From NCBI GenBank assembly GCA_965637545.1, contig OZ281497.1, positions 27,094,001 to 27,158,000 of the forward strand: DNA of 64,000 nucleotides, written 5' to 3'. The notes beneath the pieces are model-generated. The model had not been told where the DNA came from, ran no database searches, and worked only from the letters and a program-made list of their open reading frames with translations. The first letter of the stretch is position 1. Each line of letters opens with the position of its first letter. This DNA comes from Phallusia mammillata. Its lineage: Eukaryota. This document shows, in pieces, positions 25,101 through 37,105 of the stretch. A program made the translations under genes and the position numbers.

Positions 25101-28100
25101 CATAAAAGATGCGCATGTAAATTTTGACTTATGATACTGCGTTTTATTTAAATAATGCGTGTTGCCTAAGAGAATGTCAGCTATGGTTTGTTTACCACGT
25201 TGCAAATAATTTGAAAGATAAATGGAAGAACCGATTGCAAAGGTCAGGATTGGCCACTCTGATATTGTGTGGTGTTTTTATGTCTGCTGTGTTATGTGTT
25301 AACATGTTCTTGTTTTTAATTTAATCATCAGCTGGAGACACTCGACCTCTCCTACAACAAGATCGGTGATCTGGGTGCAACTTCGTTGGCTCGTTGTCTT
25401 CACAAAATCGAAATGCTTGTGCTGCGACGATGCGACGTCGGAAGTGAAGGAGTCAGACAACTCTGCGATTCTGTACTGCAACTGAAAATGCCTGTAAGTA
25501 AATTACGGTATCCTTTTTACTTAAACAATATCAAAAAGATTTTGGTAACCATGTTGCGTGATTACGTGTATCAAAATATCTTTATTACATGCTGGATACG
25601 CATTTAGTGTTTTATTTTTTTTACCGGAGTGCTATTTGTATGTTTAGGATTGATACAAACAAATGTTTTATTACTTCGGATTTGTTTGTTAAGTTAATGT
25701 TTTCCGACATTTCACTCTAAATTCTTAAATGAAAAAAACAATATCATCTATTTAGTCCTTGTCTGGATGCAGCGTTTGCTGGGATCGATTGTGTATTAAC
25801 CACTGGGGAGGCGCATACTTTTTGGTCTTGACATCTATAAGCCAAGAAAGGTTGGGTAACAGTACTGTAACCCAGCAATCAGATTATTTAAAACCTTTGC
25901 TTTTTGAGTTGTAGTGCAATAACGCGACACAAATGTTTATTATGGGTCCCCTGCCCTGAAGGGGACACATATTGTTTTTGTCCGTATTTTTTTTTCTTTT
26001 TTTATGTTTTTTTTTCTTTTTTCCGTCTAACGCGGATTTGTTCCCACGTTTTGGTCAAGAAAGAATGGTTCAAACTTTTTCAAATTTACACACATTACTG
26101 ATATTGGTCTAAAGATGGTCCATGTGAATTTTAACCCCGTTTGATCCCTCGGTTCACCCACAGCCCCCCAAAACGTAAATGTGTATAACGCTCGTTTGGT
26201 CAAGAAAGACACTGTAGGCAGAAGTACCAAGGGAGTAACTCACTGGTTTACGATAGCGGGAGGGCTCAGCTTGACGTCGGACAGACGTTTTACGAGACGT
26301 CGTTTCGGTGATTAGAAATCAGCTGTTTTGCACAGCAATGCCATGTCGTTTTATTAAGTTATCACTCACATTTTTGGTTTTGGCGAAGGTTTCACACCTA
26401 TGACGTGATTTAAACGTAATAACCGTGCTTCGGTTTTGTATATGTCAAGCAAAACTTTGTTAATCAAAGTAAACATGAAAAAATGAATTTGACTTTTTTG
26501 CAAAACAAATGTTTTTTTAAATGCTCGTTGTCAGGTTGGCCGCCGCATGATTACGGGTTACTTAAGGTCAACTAGTAGGTATTACAAACACTGTTCAGAA
26601 CTTTCTTTCGTCATAAGGTAGCGGTTTTTTTTTGACAATCAATTTAGGAGTCAATGCTCAAGGCATGTAAAAATTAGGCTTAACGGTATTGTTGAACACT
26701 CAGGACGGCGTGCTATTGAAAACGGTGTCAAAAGGTCGAACAGTCGTTTGGCGTGTGCACCCTGAGAGGTTACTACAAGTCAATGGTACTCGTTTTGCGA
26801 AACAAAGTTAAATGAAAAACAATTTGTTATGTATAAACTTGTAGCAAATTGCTTTTTAATTTAAAGTGTCTGTAACACAACTGTTACAGCTTTCTAAAAA
26901 AATTGTGTTCAAAACCCGACCTTGGACTACAATATCTGGGTCAAAGCAAGAGATTAAATTAAAGTCTTTGTTAATTCAGTGCTTCGCAATCTTATACGGA
27001 CTGCATACCACTTGACAACTTTCTCTTTCGCTGTGTACCACCTATCATAAACCCTGTTTGAATTGATAGACCAAAAATAGGCCGATTTTCTCTCCCTAGA
27101 AAAGAGCGGTCAATCAGCGAATGACCACAAGGCTGCCAACGCATTTCGTGCAATACGAGAGTGTCGTTCTTTGCCAAATGTTTACTTTTTTTTGTAATCA
27201 CGATCTGCTGTGCAACCCCCAGGTGTGAAAACACAGTAATATACAAAAAACTTAATCGGGGATGTATTTTGTGTACTTGTTTTCAGTATTTAACATGTTT
27301 GTTGCATGGTTTTCAACTTAAATTATTTGTATGTAACACACAATATCTCAAACGAGTTTAACACCAACAGTACAATACACAAAATAGAACCGGTAAACAA
27401 AGTCTTCACTAGATGGGGTGGTTTAAATCAAAGTGTCATGCGGTTTGGAAATAAAAATCTTTGCAGAAAAAGTCCCCAAAACAGCTATAAAAAAGAACAA
27501 TTTGAACTGTTGTTTTTTGTCTCTTTTATTCCGTTTCTATGGCCGTAAGTCTCACAGGACTTGTTCCAAATTGTGGCCCATTCGGACCAGCAGCAACTAC
27601 GTTACTTTTGGCGAAAACAATAATTACATGCAACAACTTTATACTAGTATTCGTTAAGGCATCGATTATAACTACACATTTACAAAACTGCTTAAAACCA
27701 GACACCGGCAACACCTAACCAAATAAACCAAAAGTTCCTTCTTGCGTGGAGGTCCGCTTAAACGCTTTTGTGCCTTCGATCGAAGGAACAAAGCGGAAAC
27801 GTCGAGTCGGACCAACGGCCATGGAAATGGAATATGTTTTAGCTGTGTCGCTATAAAAAGTAAAAATGTAAACAATGCACGCTGGTTGCATTGGGTGTGC
27901 GAAAAGGTACGGTCCTTCCTTATCTACTTATGCATTCAAGCGCTTGCTTTAGGTGTGTTGTGACATGAATATTTTTTTGCGCATAGTGCTCCCTAGCGTC
28001 CGTCGAGACATTAAAATTAACCTAACAAACTTCACGTTGATGATTTTTCAAGGTTGCTTTGTTGCTAATTATTATTTTGCTTTAACATCAGCTGAAGAGA

Positions 28101-29179
28101 CTTGATCTTTCCGGCAACAAGATCAGTAATGCAGGTGCATCTTCTTCAGTGGCTCGTTGCCTTCACAACGTCGAACGGATGGTGCTGATAGACTGTAAGA
28201 TCGGAAGTGAAGGACTAAGACTACTCTGCGATTCTGTACTGCAACTTAATAAACCTGTAAGAATCTTTGATTCCTGCACGTTAAAAATTCCAAGGAAAAT
28301 TTGGTTTGCTATTTTACGGGATTACCTGGGTCAGAATACTTTTGTTTGATATGGGAAACGCATAAAGCGTTTTAGTTTTTGTCCTTATTAAATTTTTTTA
28401 GGAAATTTGTTTCTTTGATAACAACAGCACAAAACTCTTTTGCAATTTTGGTTTACTAAATGACATTCAGTGTCGTAGTTGGTTTTGTCTTTATTCGCTG
28501 TCTTGGTCACAATTTCGCCACTTACAAATTATAATCAGCTACAATGATACCAGCATAATGCATTTCACATCCACACGAATAAGCCCGGGGTCGCATTTCG
28601 CGAAGTGCGGAAGTGCAGCCCACCTATAACTACATTCATATAGCTCAGGCTGTAATGAAGTTTAAACGCAATATTGTACACATCAAATCAATTAAACATA
28701 AATAATACTACACTCAAAACAGACGAGGTCAACAAAATATCCAACAACAAACATGGAGGATTAAATCATGCTGACACGTGGGCACGCAAACATAACAATA
28801 ACTAAACGATAACTCCCTGTCCCTTGTTTTGTTCTGTCATGTCACGACAAAAATAATACCTATCTTAGTTGTAATACTGAATAAAATGCGTTTTTGTGTG
28901 TGTTGATGACACGTCGCTGTTAGCAATTACTTGATTAAATGACATCATATATTTTGAGTCTGTTCCTGTAACAATGCATCAATTGATTGAATTCACTTAG
29001 CAGTTTTTTTTTAGATGGAAGTTCTTGATCTGTCTTACAACAACCTGACAGATAAAAGTGCTGAGTCATTGGCTCAATGTGTTCACAACATCAACGTTTT
29101 GTGTGTATGGGATAGCAACTTCACAACAGCAGGAAAAAATCTCATCAGATCAAGGTCGCAAGGAAAAGTTGTGTTCTAG
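22171..29179 (+). CDS. NLR-1: RHIM-like N-terminus - NACHT - LRR, ~936 aa
   Basis: Exons 22171-22467, 22524-22920, 23041-24665 (Walker A GQAGIGKTT, Walker B LIIFDGFDE, TSRP sensor, FSHLTWQEFFAA winged helix), LRR cassettes 25332-25493 and 28092-28256, terminal LRR exon 29015-29179 (TAG). Phases are consistent, total 2811 nt. Confidence 0.9.
25936..26245 (+). mobile_element. DINE-1/HINE (non-autonomous Helentron)-like repeat
   Basis: Begins tttattatgg, has a short hairpin GTCCCC-n9-GGGGAC, a T/TC-rich microsatellite-like tract, then ccgtctaacgc. Related copies at about 36130-36400, 63355-63500 and (diverged) 21660-21890. Family assignment rests on architecture only. Confidence 0.5.
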
Positions 29180-30779
29180 ATATGAAATAAACACTTCATT
29201 ACTTGACACGAAGCCAAACAAAAATGTTAAATGGGTACCGAAGATGGTTGTGCAGGAAACGACGCTTAAAAAAAAATTAACTTGGTTAATATGTCGGACC
29301 AAACTCACTTGCGCTGCACTTGTTACCACAACCCTGTTTATTACTGGTTACATACTGTTTCTTACGTCATCTCATTTTCCGATTACTATTTCTGTTCCTA
29401 ATTAGTCCAACTTGTCTCAAATGTAACTTAAGATTTTCCTGAACTTGTAGCGTTATCAAAAATTTAGTGCATTATGTTTGCTATCACAAACATTCGTACG
29501 TTATTTATTTTGTTGTGACGCATTAACTTATTGTGACCAAAAATGAAATGCTGTAAATCTATTTTGTTTCAAAGTTTGACTAGATACGTTTGCAGTGATT
29601 TGGTTTAACACTTGAGCTTGGTGATGAAATGATTTATTTGCCTTTTAAAACTATACTTGGATTTTTGTACGTTTTGACAATTTCTTTTTGATGTTAGACT
29701 AAATAATAATACAGAATCATACTCTTCTTAGATGCGTATTTCACTCGCGTATACAGACCTTTAACGTTACGCATATTAACTCAAAATCGTATATGATTAC
29801 GAGATTTAAACAATAAACTTTCGATTTTTTCGTAGGAGTTTTTAGTTTGCCAAAGCGCGACCGTTTGAACCGACACTGTGCTTTCCGAACCGATGTTTGT
29901 TTAAAACACGAACGGCTATCGTTTTACTCTCGACCGCCACCACCCGACTTTTTTCGTTTTTGATTTTGTCCGAACACGTTCCGACCGCATTATTGCAGTA
30001 ATCTGTTTTTCATTCAAGCGAAAAGCAAAGATGTTCAAAAACGTCCTTTTTAAGTGGTGTACTGACCCGTAGGGTAGACAATGCCCAACACACTGTATAT
30101 CTGACTTCTTTCTGTATATCTGAATTAACAAACTAAACCTATATGACACCTCGACATAACATAGCAACAGTGCTACTTGCGGTTAAACACACAACACAAA
30201 TACTGTGATCTGATATTCTATGTCTATTGTACTTTTAACTGATTTATTTAAAAAAATGTTTGACTAATATAGCGTCCAGGTCACCATGTTAATATGGGTG
30301 AATAGTTGTAAATACGTCTACACGACAAGGTTAACGATGTTCTTAGCCGTCATTATCCTTCAGTTGATTTTAGAAACGTCAAAATATAACCTGAGCCGTT
30401 TAAGACGTTGCTTCTCGGTAACATGTAAAGGAATGGCGTAATAATAACCTTAAGCCTGTTTATAACCAGTGTAGTAATTAGTAAAACTGGTTTTGTTCGA
30501 TTAGAAACTTTTGTACAGAAAAAAATGCGAGATAATTTGACTGGGTCAAATAAAAAACGTCATTATTATTGCATGCGAATAGAAATGTTTGAATTTGAAG
30601 TCCAAAGTCCGATACAGTGGTACTTTTATGTTTGTGAAGGAATGTGGTGCAGTTTGTAAACATATACGTGATACGTCAAACAATTAGTATAAAATTTAAA
30701 TGCACCAAAACAATTATTAATACTACCGACCCAATTTGATCTGTCGGGTCGTTGTGAAGATAATTTTGGACTTTCAATT

Positions 30780-31072
30780 GGGGACTTTCCCATCGGCGAT
30801 TTTATAAAGTTGCAGAACTAGTTTTACTTTCCAACACCACAATAAGGTTTTTGTTATTTGGTCAAGACGTGTTTTTGGTGATTGATTAAGTGATGTCACA
30901 AAACGAAGCGAAAGCAGAATAACAAAAACTAGGTAAACGTATGACATGATTTCTTTGTCATCTTCTCACAAGAGGAAGCATTCATGCATCTTCGCGAACT
31001 CTAGTCTATTGCACTGAAGACCTTGAAAAATTACAAGAATCTTGCTTATTAATGATGCATCAGTCAACGAGG
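30780..31072 (+). promoter_or_regulatory. Conserved block with a canonical kappaB site and a putative non-coding first exon
   Basis: GGGGACTTTCC at 30780-30790; the block ends in caacgag|gtaa (donor-like). The paralogous block at about 51850-52250 has GAGGACTTTCC and caacgag|gtaag. Confidence 0.4.
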
Positions 31073-32799
31073 TAACTGTTGTTTATATTATAAAATACAA
31101 GTGGCTTTGATTGTTATCAACAGACCAAACCGTTTTTAACCAAAGCAAAAATAAATACTTTTTGTGCTCAAATGTTTATTTCAAGACACTTTTATTATTT
31201 GAAAATTGACTGTATGTTTTTAAACTGTTTAAAGCAAGACACGGCCTTTGGCTGTTTAGACTGGACACAAACACAACTGCCATGATTTTTTTTATCCGTC
31301 ATGTACATACTTTTATTGCCAGTTGTGAATCAAAAGAGCCGTGTATTTGGTTTCACAAGTTGTTTTTTGTGTGTGTCTGGAAAGACACAGGATTTTTATA
31401 TTGTGGGTAAAGTATAATTATATATTCCACTGGTAATCTTTTTCGGCTCATTACACACACTGGGGCTGTTGTAAAAACATTGGCTTAGATGCAGTTGGCT
31501 ATAAAAAATGAGTTGTTGATTAAATGGTAAGATTTTATAGAATATACCGTTATTGCTGCAACAGGGTTTTACTGTATTTTGCAGCTTGATCTGCACAATG
31601 GACATAGAAGGTGGCTTGATTATGTAGCACCACTTGATGAGTCTGAAAAACATAACATTGACTGTTCAGTTACAGCATTGACAATTTTGTTGAATTTCTA
31701 TCCTTACTTCTTGATTTTTGTCCTATTTGAATTTCATTGTCAAATGGATCTGTTTAGTGTAATGAATTGATCATGATAAGTAGTTGTCAAAGTATATTAG
31801 ATAGCAGGTTCACCTCTTTTCAAATCAAATCCATACTGTCTTTATATTGATGACAAGTTTATTTTACAGTTTGTTTAAAAACACAAAACACAAAACTTTA
31901 TTGACACTGAGATTGATTTTTATAGTGGTTTATGAGATAATTCGTTTTAATTGCAGTTAAAATAGTGAAATGACACAATATATATATTAGAAAGAATTTA
32001 TCATGTGTGCAGTGTACAGTCTTTCTCTGAGGACAAATGGAGAAAGATTAATTATCAATGAGAAGGGTATTGGATAAACACTTGGTGAATTGTTTTTGCA
32101 GTTTGTTTACCCCCTGTTTAAATAATTGGATTATTACAAAACAATTTAGTGAATACAATACTCTTGCAAATCTGGGGTTGTGCTTTTTTCATAGATACCT
32201 TTCGGTTTATGTAACCAAACAATATGTTCCAGACAGTGCATGTCACTGTTTTGCATAGTTTCTGAATTATTTTGCATTGGGTTTATACTTGGCGTATACA
32301 TTATATTTTAATGCAAATTGTTTTTGAGTGTTTATCGTGGAAACATTCCCCTTAAATAAAATGGATTAAACAGTGATTGGTCAACAAACTTTGCTTGTAA
32401 CTATAAACTAAATTTGTGACAGACGACACAGATAATGATTGATTTGTGGCACTTTGCATGAGAATTACAATCCGGTGTGTTTATACTGTTTTATTTACCA
32501 CAACTAACTTGTGTTTGCCAAGAAACAACAGATTTGCCCAAAGCCAAAGCATGTACCTTACTTATGACTGCTCAAAACAATTTGATAGCAAACAAAAGTG
32601 TTGTTTATGCAAGATCATACTATTTTGTAACTGCAGGGCTATTTCAAATAGCAACATATGCTTTATATTGCAGGTTAAAACCCAATATCATATCAGATTT
32701 TTCTATTTACCCTCTAATTATACTTGGGCACAAATTTTACAAATGATTTCGATACAACTGCAGTTTGTTTCACTTAAAACCTAGAGCAAATAGATTTAT

Positions 32800-32960
32800 T
32801 TACTGTTTGCTAAATACTGGAACATTAGAACCATTGGACTTTATATAAATTGTACCGTCGTAAATTGCAAATGATTCAATAGTTCCAAAATGAAAACGTT
32901 TTGCTTTAACAGCATGAAACGTCTCTTGTACGGAAGCAAAATCTGGACCTTCACTACTGC
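32800..32960 (-). mobile_element. Possible LINE (CR1/L2-type) ORF1 C-terminal fragment
   Basis: The translation ...FHFGTIESFAIYDGTIYIKSNGSNVPVFSKQ* resembles the G.I..FW..NG.I.IK...P tail of invertebrate LINE ORF1 proteins (from recall, not searched). Confidence 0.35.
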
Positions 32961-35900
32961 AGGGTGACGCTCGTGAGCAAATAATGTAGTACACTAATCG
33001 TATGTTATAAAATCGTGAACTTATATAGTGTGTGTAAAGCATGGAAGAAAATTACATGTCACCATAGCCTGAAAAATGCGAGTACACATGACGATCCGGC
33101 CTTTTACGCTTAATATTGAAATATATATTCCGGTTTCACGCTAGTTTCTGCTCATTACTTAACATTATTTTTGATTTTGAGATAGTAGTCTTTTAAGTGT
33201 TGTCGTGCAGTTATGCAAAGAAAAAGAAAAATTAAAATCGCTATTGAATTCGCAACCGCACTTATGTATGATTCTTCTAGCCTCGTCTATTTTAACACTT
33301 CAAACACAATGTCACATAATGTGTCACATAACGCGTTTCTTTCCTGCCAGTAAAGAATAGTAGTAAAGTGACTGTCTTTTGTGCATTTTTCCCACGCCAT
33401 TTCATGTGATTTAAATTTTTGAGAAAGTAGTCAATGTCCCGCGATCTATTAGAATGTAACTTTGATTTGTTTTTTGTTTACCAATTTTTACCAAAATTTT
33501 ATTTGTTTACCCAAGCGAGCATAACAATTAAGTAGAAGTTAGCAATGATGTTACAGCTTGCAGTTTGGAATGTTGTGACAAAACCAACCCAAATTATTCG
33601 CGCTGACATGCTTGAATGCGTTTTACTTCCGCATACTTCGTGATGCGCGACGATCCCTCGTTGCCCATCACGAATTGTGATGTCGTTGGCATTCAAGTTT
33701 TACCGCTTGGTGGAAATAAAGCGCAATTTACTTTGATAAATGAAGCGTTAAACGTTGGAAATGGACTGAATTGCGTGATGTGTGCCCTTCTTTACGCGTT
33801 TTTGTTGTTTCAATTAGCGGTAAGAACCCATCTTTATCACCATGGTGTGGTTGATAAAATAAAATTTGCGCGACAAGATGTTAAAAAGTTTTGTTTTCTA
33901 CAAAAGCGTTTACTGTAAGCTTAGACATCATACACTTGATGTCGCGATTGTACGATTTCTGTGAAATCATGAACGACTCACGAATCACGGCGAATCCGGG
34001 ACTCAGTCTAATATTACGCTACTTCCGGGTAATATTAGGTCATTACTTCCTTAAACGCAAAGGTTCCGTAGATTAAATAATAAAATATGTAGAAAGTTGC
34101 TAAAACAGTTTGCATAATTTGTTTGCTTGCTGACAATTGTTTTGCGTCACAAACTAACTCGAGGTGTAAGTTTTATCAGCATCCAGCGCCTTGTCTCGTG
34201 ACTACAGCCGATTTTGCCAAATCGTTTTCAGAATAACAAGCTTTGTTCTTCGAGTAGAAAATTGGCACAAAAGCTGGTGTGTTTATTATTATTATTTTAC
34301 GCAAATAAAAGTATTTAAAAGAGTTGGATTATTATTACTTTTTGCTTTTGTTATTTTAAAGCAAATGTCGATCAAATGTGATGAATATGATAACTAAGGC
34401 TTTTAGCAAGTTAAATCAGGTGAAACTGTACTGTGATTGCTTCTGTACCTTAGTGTCTCAGCAGGTCATACGTCGTTGAGATGTGTTTTCATGTTTGTTG
34501 CCTGATTTAGGATCTGACATGTCAAGTAGAAAGTAACATCCTTTCACAGCGTTGTCTACCGCGATCAGTAAATTTCTGCGAATTGCTTTATTTGGTAAAA
34601 CAAGGAGAGTGTTGCAGGTGTGATTAAAGTTGTTATGTGTAACAGAAGGGTTAAAATCTTTAACGTTTATTTCAGGTTTGGTCAATTCAAACGACCTCAG
34701 GTAGCAGTGTTTACATGTGAATTGGCAAACACTAATTGTTGCTTAGGAAATTGTCGTTCTTGTGTTGTATATGATAAGTCTGAGCTATGTTGTTCAGTTA
34801 AAACCTTCTCAGTTACCAATATTTGTTATGTGTGCTATAGACCCAAGTGATGTTGTTCTTTAGTTTTACCTGTGAATAACGTAAACCAATTGTTTCTGTG
34901 GTGGTTGAAATATTGCGTTTTACATGATAAGTTTGCACGTTGTGAAAATGTTTTGTTAATGTATATAATTGACATAATTACTTTGACAGCTTTTCACGTT
35001 TGTGTCATTGCTCACTGATGTTGTTTTGCATATTTCGACCAAAATTTGTTTATGAAACTGATCCACTGGAGGATAAAACTCTTTTGGGACATTTTTTTGA
35101 GTTTTTCCGAGCTGAAAACTTTAATTATATTACGTTTAGGAGGTATAACGTTTTCCTTGCAAGCTCCGCATACCAAGTTATTGTTGACTTTGCGTAAAGG
35201 CAAAGTTTACTGTTCAAATGCCATTACCGTAGTCTAAACATGCAACATGTAAACCTGTAAAATTTTGTTAAACTGTTGTTTTGTGTAGCTATGTTGAGTT
35301 TTTATTTGTCACAAACCATTCAAAAAAATTAGAGGTTTTTTTGTCACAAACCATTTTTTATTTGTCGCAAAGAGGGTCAATGTATCAGTAAATTTTCAAC
35401 CAAAAAAATGACCCTGACAATAAAACGGCGTTGTTTTACAATAATATGACTTGTTTGGTAACAGATTCAAATTGCTCATTGCATTTGTGCGAAAGAAAAT
35501 AGTGGTATTTCGGAAACAGTTGGGAAATGGTAAACCAGGGTTCAGAAACCTTGTGAGCGCAGGCTAAAGTGAAACTTGTGGGCAATAAAAACGAAATGGT
35601 TCGGCTGGTTTTATTGCGAGATTCTACAATCGCCAACTTTATCTGTAAAACGGCTTATGGAAGTATACGATGTTTATACCGTCGTTACCCAGGTAGTTTA
35701 CAGCTTTGCAAATTTGCGCATATGGGCGACAAACAGTCTCAATGTTTGAAAATGGATCGTGTCGTCGTAAACCAGGAGCCAGAAACCTTTTTAGCTTGTA
35801 GCCATAAAACGCGAACAAAGATTTTTTACTGTCTTTGCGAAGCCAAATTTGTTCTTTTGTACTGAAACACTGCATTCAACAATCAATCGACGTTTTTTTA

Positions 35901-36129
35901 CAAAGGTTTACCTCCCTTATGCTTAAAAACTCGATTGCTGCGTAATTATTTGCATTGTTGGGCGACCTGTGGTAATATTTGGAAAACGCTCGCGGTGACA
36001 TCGTCAACCGGGGCCGGGAACCTTTTTGATAGTAGCTAAATCCAACATGGGCTCATTAAAATGTCAGTAAAAATCTTGCTTTGTGGTTCTTCGTGCGTTA
36101 GTAATGAAAAGACCAAGACATACATTACT

Positions 36130-36400
36130 TTGGACACATATTCTTTTTGTCCGTATTTTTCTTTTTTTTTTCGTTACCTTTTTATATTTTCTTTTTTCTT
36201 TTCTTTTTCTATTTCTCTTTTCTCTGTCTAACGCTGGTTTGTAAGAGTGCTTTAAATTTGGACACAAGTTTGTTATTAATCGGAATTCGATACTCCTGAA
36301 GTTTGACTCCAAATGACCCAGCGGTTCACCCACAGGCCCGAAAATCATTCACCCACAGGAAAACTTTTTTAAACGCTGGTTTGTAACCCCCGTTTGTTCA
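36130..36400 (+). mobile_element. DINE-1/HINE-like repeat copy upstream of NLR-2
   Basis: ggacacatatt...tttttgtccgtatttt, a TC-rich tract and ctgtctaacgc, homologous to 25960-26200. Confidence 0.5.
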
Positions 36401-37105
36401 ACAAATTTGTCGTTCAACTGGTGCAATGCTAAACAAAATACTAGTTGTTGTTTCAAAAACTTGTATTTGCTAACGTTTCGCCCACCAGAACGACAGGGCT
36501 TTATCAGAGCAATGAATGATGTATTGCGAGCAACAAGCGAGAAAGCGCAAGAACAGCGGGATACGATGAAAATTAATTACACAATAACAAACGACATCCG
36601 AAATGATCCAAAAAAACGGGCTAAGGTTTTGCCGTCGTTGCGATTAAGAGCATTCGAATTGGAATTTATAAAGCAATTTATAAGGCAACGGTTCGTTATG
36701 CCTGTTTGTACTGCCTCAGCGTCGGGTGGTTGCTATGTTTACGAAATAGGCGCGGTCACATCGTGAACCACTTAAACCGATTTTTATCTGTTTCAAAGGT
36801 AGCCGGGTAAATAGATTTAGTGCTTGAGTAGCGACTTCTCCCTTACACTTTGGGATTTTATTTGGCCCACAGCACACCACTGTACAATTTAATTAGTTTT
36901 TGTACCTCCAACTCTACACTTGCTACAAGCTGTTGGTGTTGTCCAATATTGGTTTGCAATAAAACAACGCGACTGAGCTTTCGATATAGCACACTGTCCT
37001 ATAATTAAATACAACTCATGCCACCTAAATGTTTAATTTCATTTGTTAATGTAAATAATTGAATCTTGTTTACAACATACAGGTTTTATCAAGTTTGATA
37101 ATTTT

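Noticed and set aside
34458-34685. Minus-strand ORF with an indel-free paralog at about 19170-19350
   Set aside because: By-eye comparison shows roughly 20 replacement vs 4 synonymous changes and different stops, consistent with neutral duplicated non-coding DNA.
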